Shown piece after piece: positions 57,381 to 64,000 of a stretch of 64,000 nucleotides of DNA; the stretch's first letter is position 1, and every line of letters starts with the position of its first letter. Position numbers and translations under genes: made by a program. This DNA is from a virus. Under the pieces are notes generated by a model, which had not been told where the DNA came from, did no database searches, and worked only from the letters and a program-made list of their open reading frames with translations. The stretch covers positions 128,001 to 192,000 of the IMG/VR virus record IMGVR_UViG_3300017991_000003; one strand, given 5' to 3'.

Positions 57381-58499
57381 ATGGCGACTCCAGACGTACC
57401 CACGTACCACAACCTCGCTGCCAGCAGCCGTAGCCGGCTGAATCTGGTGAGCAACGGGGGCTTCACGGCCTACTCCGGGGGGTTGGGCGTCGTGGAGGAC
57501 ACGTTGGCGCTTCGTAAGGGCGGGGATGCCGAGGTCGTGCGGCAGGATCTGATCGACAAGCGGCTCTACCAGGACGTGAGTGCCTCGTTCTCGGTCCCTG
57601 CGGAGGCTGGTGGAGAGAACATCCTGGGCCATTGGGACATCTACGGCACCGATGGCGCTCTCGAGGTCGCCCCTGTCGACGACCAGACCGACCAGGTGAT
57701 CCCTTCGCAGGACGGAGGCAACCTGATGCGGGTTTCCTTCACGTCCGCGGGCACGATCACCATGGATCAGCGGCTCGAGGACACCGCTCCGCTGCGTGGA
57801 CAGATCCTGAGCGTCACGTACACGGGTCGCAGCTTCACTCAATCCGTGCTGGTCGACGCCCAGGTGGTCGTTGACGGCGAGGTGGTCTCCAATCTACAGC
57901 AGCAGTCCAAGACCTTCGGTGCCCGGCGCCGGCCGCTCTTCACAGCGACCATTCCGAGCACTGCCAAGGAGGTCCTGATCCGCTTCGAGCTCTCTGGAGG
58001 GCCTGGAAGCGCGGTTGGATTCGCTGGAATCGCCGTTTTCCTGGGGGATACGGGCCCGACGGCGGCCTACACCCCTAGCGTGGCTGATCTCACAGTGTCC
58101 TCGGGCACGGTGATCCTGTGGAGTGGTGAGACCTGCCCGGCGGGGTACCGTACCCTGCCTGGGAGCACGGAACGCATGGCCTTGCTCACGGGGGGACCGG
58201 CAAACTTTATGTCGGCCGGGGGCGAGGCCACCTTCACCGGTGGTCAGGACACCCATGATCACCACCCTGATGGGGCCGCAGATACTCTGGAAGCCCCTTT
58301 GACAAGCGCACACGACACCGACACGCCGATCCCCTTCGAGAAGCAGACCGCGGTCCACGGTGTGGAGTTCGGATCTCAGGATCAGTACCCCGGTGAGAAG
58401 CCCGTGTACGCTCTAGGCGTCGAGCACACCCACAAGACGCGCTCGGACATGACGTCGATCCCACCCTGCTTCCCGGTGCGCTACTGCGTCAAGATCTGA
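57381..58499 (+). CDS. tail-fibre protein paralog (372 aa)
   Basis: LNLVSNGGF N-terminal motif, VILWSGETCPAGY collar-like motif, C-terminal THDHH and EHTHK. Confidence 0.7.
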   Translation: MATPDVPTYHNLAASSRSRLNLVSNGGFTAYSGGLGVVEDTLALRKGGDAEVVRQDLIDKRLYQDVSASFSVPAEAGGENILGHWDIYGTDGALEVAPVDDQTDQVIPSQDGGNLMRVSFTSAGTITMDQRLEDTAPLRGQILSVTYTGRSFTQSVLVDAQVVVDGEVVSNLQQQSKTFGARRRPLFTATIPSTAKEVLIRFELSGGPGSAVGFAGIAVFLGDTGPTAAYTPSVADLTVSSGTVILWSGETCPAGYRTLPGSTERMALLTGGPANFMSAGGEATFTGGQDTHDHHPDGAADTLEAPLTSAHDTDTPIPFEKQTAVHGVEFGSQDQYPGEKPVYALGVEHTHKTRSDMTSIPPCFPVRYCVKI

Positions 58500-58768
58500 T
58501 GGCCCGTCCTGCTGTAACCCTCTACTACCAGAGCAACTGCGGTTTCTGCCCAGATGCGATTGAGGGGTGTGCGGGCCTCGTAGAAGCCCTGGGTGCTCCT
58601 ATCCTTATTCGTAAGCCGACTTTGCAGGAAATGAAGTCCGGGCAGATCCCTGGCTATCCCGCCCTGTTCGTGCCGGCTGGGGTCCGAGGCCTCACCCGCC
58701 CCTATCTCCTGGTAGGTGCGGCCCTCCCCGACCTCCTTGACCAGTTGCTGAGCTCCACGGATGGCTGA
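58499..58768 (+). CDS. glutaredoxin/thioredoxin-fold small redox protein (89 aa)
   Basis: TLYYQSNCGFCPDA: CxxC active-site-like motif in a beta-alpha start typical of glutaredoxin-like proteins. Confidence 0.55.
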   Translation: MARPAVTLYYQSNCGFCPDAIEGCAGLVEALGAPILIRKPTLQEMKSGQIPGYPALFVPAGVRGLTRPYLLVGAALPDLLDQLLSSTDG

Positions 58769-61700
58769 CCTCCGGATTCTCACCGAACTCCTTCCCCTGG
58801 CCTTCGCCGGCGAGGCGTACTCTGTGCGCCTTCAGGCGCGGGGCGGGACCGCTCCGTACACCTGGTCGGTTCAGTCGGGCACCCTGTTCACCGGGATGTC
58901 GCTGGATTCGAGCACTGGAGAGCTCACCGCGGCTGCCAGCGCGCTACTAGGTACCGAGGTAGGGGATCGTACGATCACGTTCCGCGTCACGGACAGCCTA
59001 GCGGCTACGCATGACCTCGAGGTGACGCTGACGCTGCGCCCGGCGAACTACCGCCGAGCCACGGCGCTCATGCTGGACCCGCGCCTGGAGCGCATGCTGT
59101 CCATCTGGGATGTCGGCGTGGCCACCCGCGCTCAGATCACGGCACACTTCGCCCAAGGGCCGAAGTTCACCAGCATCACGCCGGCGGGGACATTCAAAGA
59201 GGACGTCTGCGTTCACTACGCGGACCAGATCTGCTACGGCCAGACTCCCGCCAGCCCCGCGAGCCCCGGTGCGAGCCCCGGCCAGACGGTCTGGGACAAG
59301 ATCCAAGAGCTCGATGGCGGCGGTAAGGTCCTCGCCGAGCCCAAGATCATCACGGTCAGCGCCTACAGCTCGACCGAGATCAATACGAGCCCGCAAGAGG
59401 TGGTGGGTTTTGGGCCTGACGACGATCTCTTGGGCGAGGGCCTGGGTGTGCGCGTCGTCGGTATGGACGAGGGTCCGGTCTACGGTAGCCCTGAGAACAC
59501 GCTGGGCTATTTCGCCCTGGGCCAGCGCTTCACGCTTCCGGCTGAGGCGAGCCCCTCGAGCGTCACCCTGTACCTCAACCGGTTCAGCAGCCCCGCCAGT
59601 CCGGGTAACCTGACCGTCGGCCTGTCGCTGGCGAGCCCGGGTAACATCCAGATCCCCGCTGGTTCGTCCTACGCTGCGTTCGGCGACGGCTCCGCGGTGG
59701 TGGCCTCCGGTACGCTGAGCCTTGCGACGGTCTCGAGCGACGCCTCCCGAACCAGCTGGACCTCGGCGCACGCCTACGACATCCCCCTCACGCTTCAGAG
59801 CCCTTTCACGGGTCTGGATGCGAACCGCAACTACTACCTGACGATCGCTGCTGACTTCGCCGGCAGCCCGTTCCTGGAGATTGCGGCCAGTGTGGACGAC
59901 GTGACGAGCCTTGTGGCGGGCAGCGAGGCCATCGCCCTCACCACGGCCTTCGCCACCTCGAGCCCGTACTACAGCCCCACCTCGGCGGCGAGTCCTGCCC
60001 TCAAGGCGCCCTTCGAGCTTGCTACTAGCCCGCAAAACGTGACCGGGTTGGCCTTCGGTCTCAACGCTGGCTGGACCGGTGCGACTGTCGGCATCGTCAC
60101 GCTTGCCGAGGTGGATCCCTACTCCGGGAGCCCGGCGACCAACGACCGGTACTGGGTGGGTGAATCCACGGCCACGGCCGCCGATGTGCGGGCCATGGCC
60201 TTCCAGTTGATCGACGGCTACGACCGCACCGGCTCGAGCCCGGTCCTGGACAAGACCAACTTCAACGAGTACGTCGATGCGTACGGCAACCAAGCCAGCA
60301 TCGTCGAGGCTCAAACCACCGCAGGGGCTGAGATCAACCCCAGCGGCGGTGGACAGACAGACGCCGACGGCTTTCTCTCGTCCGGTGGCGCGAAGCTCAG
60401 GGTCCAACTTCTTCCCAACTCTCGCGGTACTGTTCCTGAGCTTCCCTTCCGAGTGCTTGCGGGAAGCCGTCGGCTGCTTTCCAACCTAGGCGCGGACAGC
60501 CTGATCCGCACCGCCAACAAGACCGGCTCGACCGATGCTGAGGTCCTGGCGGCGCTGAACCTCACGAGCGCTTCCAACCCGCTTCTCAGTCTCAGCCAGA
60601 CGCTCAAGCCTGACTCCTCGGGCAACCTGGAGCTCACGGTCAACAGCGGTGCGTTGGCGTGGAACCTGAACCCCGGCTCCTACACGGCTGAGCTTCAGTT
60701 CAACGCCCAGCTCCGGGCGGCGGCTCTTGGAAGCCCCTCCGGCTCGGTCGACTTCGACAGCAACGGTGTTCTGACTCTGGACGCGGCGGACAGCACGATC
60801 ACGCTGACACCGGTTCCCGGTTCCAACAAGATCCAGATCGCTGCCCAGGTCGGCATCACGACCCTCAACACCGTCGACCCCGACGGCTCGGGCAACCTGA
60901 CCCTGGTGGCGGACGAGGACTCGAGCCACGCAGGCCAGACCTTCATCACGGTCTCGGCTGGCTCGGCCCCCAACACCGTCGAGATCGGCACCGCCATTCC
61001 GGACGCCACGACCAGCCTCGCTGGTCTGCTCTCCACCACGGACAAGCAACGCCTGGACGCGCTGTACGCTGGTAGCGACGACGTGACGACGGCAGGCACT
61101 GGTGCGCTGGCTGGTGGTCATGCCCACGAGGCCACTGCGCTCAACCTGGGCCGCACGCTGACCGGCTATTCGACGCTCCTGAGCTCGATGAACATCGCCG
61201 ATGCGCTCGAGGCCCTGAACATGGTGCTCTACGCCCAGTTCAGCCCGGCGTCCGAGGCTCCGAACCTCGCCACGGCGACCACGAGCTTCTCGGCCTTTGC
61301 TACCGGCTACCTAGCGGACGACTCGAGCACCATCGACTACTCGAGCCCCGGCTACGCGGCTGGTGATCTAGTCACCACGCTGGTCGAGAGCACCGCTGCG
61401 ACGGTCTTCACGGTCACCAGCGCCCCCTTCGGTAACCCGGGCAACTCCGGTACGGTCAAGGCCCAGCTCTATGACAGCCCCGGCGCTACGAGCCCTTGGG
61501 TCACGCTAGACACCATCGATCTGGACCAGACCTACTCGAACTCCCTGTCGGCGATCGGAGGCAGCCCGCCGAACTACACGTCGGTGGCGAGCCACATGCA
61601 GGCCAACCCGCTCAACGAGGCGGGCAGCCCGACCACCAAGATCAGCTTCCAGGCGGTCTCCTATAGTGGCCTGAGCACGGCCGGCGCCCCTGTCTTCCAG

Positions 61701-63299
61701 CTCCAGGTCAAGACGACCCCGGTGCTGTCGGACATGCAGAACGCGCTTGGCTACAACCAGGTGCGCCTGTTCCAGGACACCGGTGCGACGACCCATGCCT
61801 CGACCGCGGTCACGCTGGTCAAGGACAACTACCAGGGTGTGAGCGATCCGATCATCAACCAGTCGGACCTCGTACCGCTCTCGAGCGTCACTCCCGTGTG
61901 GGTCAGTGGTGTGCCGCACTACGCCGCGGCGACCGATCCGGCTTTCCGCGTGGATGCGGACAGCTTGTTCGACATCGCGTACATCCAGCAGCCTGTGCGG
62001 GTCTGGGATACGGCGGACAGCCCGACCGAGATCACGTTCAACTACTACGATGCGGCTGCTGCCAGCCCGTCGGACGCTACCTGGATCCCGAGCCCCTCGA
62101 CGCCCTTCCGTCTGGGTGTCGTGGGTGAGCCGTATGCGGTGACCGCTGAGGACATGACCTTCCTGGTCGGTACCGATGAGGTCTCGAGCCGGCTCCTGAC
62201 CCTGGAAGTCTCCGATCCGCACGGCGTCCAAGCCTCCCAGGCCTTCGCCTACTTCGATGCGGCGTCCAGCCCGGGCCGCCTGATGCACTTGGGTCGTGGC
62301 GGCCTCTCGAGCGGCAACCTGACGACCGAGTACTTCACCAACGAGAAGTACCGCCTGGACATCAATGACTACGCCGGGGTCGACTTCGCAAGCCCCGTGG
62401 CTAGCCCGAGCTTCACGTCGATCACCGTCCAGCCCTCTGGCAACGGCACGACCGATGCGGACACCTACGGCTGGCCCAACGAGTACGCGCTGACCACCTT
62501 CTCGGCCACGAACACCTGGAACGCGACGACCGGTAGCCCCAGCGCCGAGTTCCGAAGCGGTGTGAGTGTGACCTACGCGGCTGGTACTCTCAGCAGCCTG
62601 CCTGCTGCGGTGACCGACTTGGGTCTTGTGCACCCTGGCTACTGCTCGCTCTACAACTTCGACGAGAACCTGTACGCCCCGGCGGCTGCGAGTCCCTACA
62701 ACACGTACGCGGCCCACAGCAGCCCGCTGGGCTACTACGACGCTTACAGCGCGCAGGGCTCGGTGGTCTACCACCGCCTCTTCCAGAGCTCGACGGCCAC
62801 CAACCAAGGGCGTCTCAGGATCTACGGCTACAAGCGCGGTACGGCCAGCCCGACGCCGACGGTCCTCTCCTATGAGAACGTCGGCAGTCCGATCACGCTG
62901 AGCGACTTCACGGGATCCTTCCTCAATGTCGGCCCGGCTTCGAGCCCGACCCCGACGATGAGCGGTATCAGCCTTGAGGTCAAGTTCCCGAGCGCCACCA
63001 AGACGCCCAAGGACAACCCTGGCGCGACTGGCTGGCTCGACATGCTGACGACCCCCGGCTCGAGCCTCTACGCGCTCGGCGAGGACGGCTACGGGTGCGC
63101 TGACACCTCGGTCCACAGCCCCGGCATGGTCCAGGGCGCTGGCTACGTGGATGTCTACTGGCGCTCCGGCTCCTTCACCACCGGCCTGAGCAGCAACCAG
63201 GCGGTGGTTCGTGTGGGCATCCACGACAAGGAGTGGGTGATCACCAACATGCAGATGCTCAACCAGAGCACGGACACCCCCTGGACCAACGGCGCCTGA
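58761..63299 (+). CDS. giant structural protein with N-terminal Ig-like domain (1512 aa)
   Basis: N-terminus (AGEAYSVRLQARGGTAPYTWSVQSGTLFTGMSLDSSTGELT) resembles the putative-Ig/cadherin-like surface domain; remainder is Ser/Thr/Ala-rich with many [A/S/G]SP motifs. Confidence 0.8.
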   Translation: MADLRILTELLPLAFAGEAYSVRLQARGGTAPYTWSVQSGTLFTGMSLDSSTGELTAAASALLGTEVGDRTITFRVTDSLAATHDLEVTLTLRPANYRRATALMLDPRLERMLSIWDVGVATRAQITAHFAQGPKFTSITPAGTFKEDVCVHYADQICYGQTPASPASPGASPGQTVWDKIQELDGGGKVLAEPKIITVSAYSSTEINTSPQEVVGFGPDDDLLGEGLGVRVVGMDEGPVYGSPENTLGYFALGQRFTLPAEASPSSVTLYLNRFSSPASPGNLTVGLSLASPGNIQIPAGSSYAAFGDGSAVVASGTLSLATVSSDASRTSWTSAHAYDIPLTLQSPFTGLDANRNYYLTIAADFAGSPFLEIAASVDDVTSLVAGSEAIALTTAFATSSPYYSPTSAASPALKAPFELATSPQNVTGLAFGLNAGWTGATVGIVTLAEVDPYSGSPATNDRYWVGESTATAADVRAMAFQLIDGYDRTGSSPVLDKTNFNEYVDAYGNQASIVEAQTTAGAEINPSGGGQTDADGFLSSGGAKLRVQLLPNSRGTVPELPFRVLAGSRRLLSNLGADSLIRTANKTGSTDAEVLAALNLTSASNPLLSLSQTLKPDSSGNLELTVNSGALAWNLNPGSYTAELQFNAQLRAAALGSPSGSVDFDSNGVLTLDAADSTITLTPVPGSNKIQIAAQVGITTLNTVDPDGSGNLTLVADEDSSHAGQTFITVSAGSAPNTVEIGTAIPDATTSLAGLLSTTDKQRLDALYAGSDDVTTAGTGALAGGHAHEATALNLGRTLTGYSTLLSSMNIADALEALNMVLYAQFSPASEAPNLATATTSFSAFATGYLADDSSTIDYSSPGYAAGDLVTTLVESTAATVFTVTSAPFGNPGNSGTVKAQLYDSPGATSPWVTLDTIDLDQTYSNSLSAIGGSPPNYTSVASHMQANPLNEAGSPTTKISFQAVSYSGLSTAGAPVFQLQVKTTPVLSDMQNALGYNQVRLFQDTGATTHASTAVTLVKDNYQGVSDPIINQSDLVPLSSVTPVWVSGVPHYAAATDPAFRVDADSLFDIAYIQQPVRVWDTADSPTEITFNYYDAAAASPSDATWIPSPSTPFRLGVVGEPYAVTAEDMTFLVGTDEVSSRLLTLEVSDPHGVQASQAFAYFDAASSPGRLMHLGRGGLSSGNLTTEYFTNEKYRLDINDYAGVDFASPVASPSFTSITVQPSGNGTTDADTYGWPNEYALTTFSATNTWNATTGSPSAEFRSGVSVTYAAGTLSSLPAAVTDLGLVHPGYCSLYNFDENLYAPAAASPYNTYAAHSSPLGYYDAYSAQGSVVYHRLFQSSTATNQGRLRIYGYKRGTASPTPTVLSYENVGSPITLSDFTGSFLNVGPASSPTPTMSGISLEVKFPSATKTPKDNPGATGWLDMLTTPGSSLYALGEDGYGCADTSVHSPGMVQGAGYVDVYWRSGSFTTGLSSNQAVVRVGIHDKEWVITNMQMLNQSTDTPWTNGA

Positions 63300-63302
63300 T
63301 CA

Positions 63303-63324
63303 CTGACACTGCTGGCCAGTGCCA
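63303..63324 (+). repeat. copy (e) of conserved element CTGACACT-N5-CCAGTGCCA (3 nt after stop of 1512-aa gene)
   Basis: CTGACACTGCTGGCCAGTGCCA. Confidence 0.55.
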
Positions 63325-63367
63325 GCTATCAACCCTCTTGATATCCTCCGGATATACCGAAAACGCT

Positions 63368-63598
63368 ATGAAACACGTTGATCAACTCCTCTTCGGCTTC
63401 GTCGACGGTCTGGAGAAGCTAGCTCTAGATGAAGACGGCGGCTCCGACACCATGATGCCTCCCTCGACCAAGACCATGGGCGAGGAGAAGGAGTCCAAGC
63501 TCAAGCGCAAGAAGCGCAAGCAAGAGGACGAGATGAAGGGCAAGCAGACCAAGGAGACCGAGGTCGAGGACGAGGAGGAGCGTGGCGACGATGACTGA
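63368..63598 (+). CDS. hypothetical charged low-complexity protein (76 aa)
   Basis: Internal ATG (MKHVDQLLFGF) of track ORF 63233..63598; Lys/Glu-rich C-terminus. Confidence 0.35.
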   Translation: MKHVDQLLFGFVDGLEKLALDEDGGSDTMMPPSTKTMGEEKESKLKRKKRKQEDEMKGKQTKETEVEDEEERGDDD

Positions 63599-64000
63599 TC
63601 ACGACAAGCAGAAGGCCAAGAAAGACGCCTATCGAGGTGCCGCAGGCGCCGTTGGTGGGGCAGGCCTAGCCGCCGCGAGCTGGAAGGGTCTTTCCAAGCT
63701 GTACGAGAGCGGGCGGGTCGGGAAAACCATGCAGCGCGGTATGCGGGGCTTCTCCCCAAAGAAGCGGAGAGCCGCGATGGCCGCTGTGATGACTGCTGGG
63801 GCTGTGGACGGTACTCGGTGGGCTGCTCGTCAAGCGGCCAAGGACAGCGAGAAGACCGCTGCCCTACTCGAAGGCTTCCTCTCCAAGCTGGCCGAGGCCG
63901 TGGGGGAGGAGGAGACGACTGAGTCCGTGACCGAAGGCGCTCCTACTACGCCAGAGCCTGAGAAGGCCAAGCCGAGTGAGGATCCCGCCGCGCTCGAGAA
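63588..64000 (+). CDS. hypothetical protein, 5' part only (runs off the window end)
   Basis: Hand translation from ATG at ~63588 (MTDHDKQKAKKDAYRGAAGAVGG...) stays open to the window end; not in the ORF track, presumably because it lacks a stop. Confidence 0.35.

Noticed and set aside
58998-63224. Antisense ORFs (469 and 572 aa) inside the 1512-aa gene
   Set aside because: Same reasoning: antisense to a continuous structural gene, Arg-rich composition.
1-64000. CRISPR arrays, rRNA genes, insertion sequences or transposase genes
   Set aside because: No regularly spaced short direct repeats, no rRNA-like conserved stretches and no transposase-like ORF with terminal inverted repeats were seen on reading through the window.

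Overview
High-GC (~60-65%), gene-dense segment that reads like part of a large tailed-phage or prophage genome: leftward blocks of small early/regulatory genes alternate with rightward structural blocks. Content: two leftward tRNA-Leu genes (anticodons TAG and CAA); two XRE-type HTH regulators; a secreted lipoprotein plus HExxH metallopeptidase pair; a rightward 8-gene translationally coupled operon (GroES-like co-chaperonin, two GT-A/GT8-like glycosyltransferases, a sulfotransferase, two SAM methyltransferases, two GT25-like glycosyltransferases); and a long structural region with a baseplate-like gene, giant fibre/adhesin-like proteins (1262, 3406, 1405 and 1512 aa) and several paralogous tail-fibre-like genes. 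No terminase, portal, capsid, integrase, CRISPR array or rRNA was recognised in this window. Most striking non-coding signals: a ~25-nt element (CTGACACT-N5-CCAGTGCCA) present five times, a GKCATRAGTC motif upstream of four leftward transcription units (two sharing an identical ~42-nt leader), and an [A/S/G]-S-P punctuation pattern enriched in the giant structural proteins. All functional calls rest on motif recognition by eye, not on database searches. CDS coordinates follow the supplied ORF track (stop included); coordinates of short motifs are approximate (+/-2 nt).
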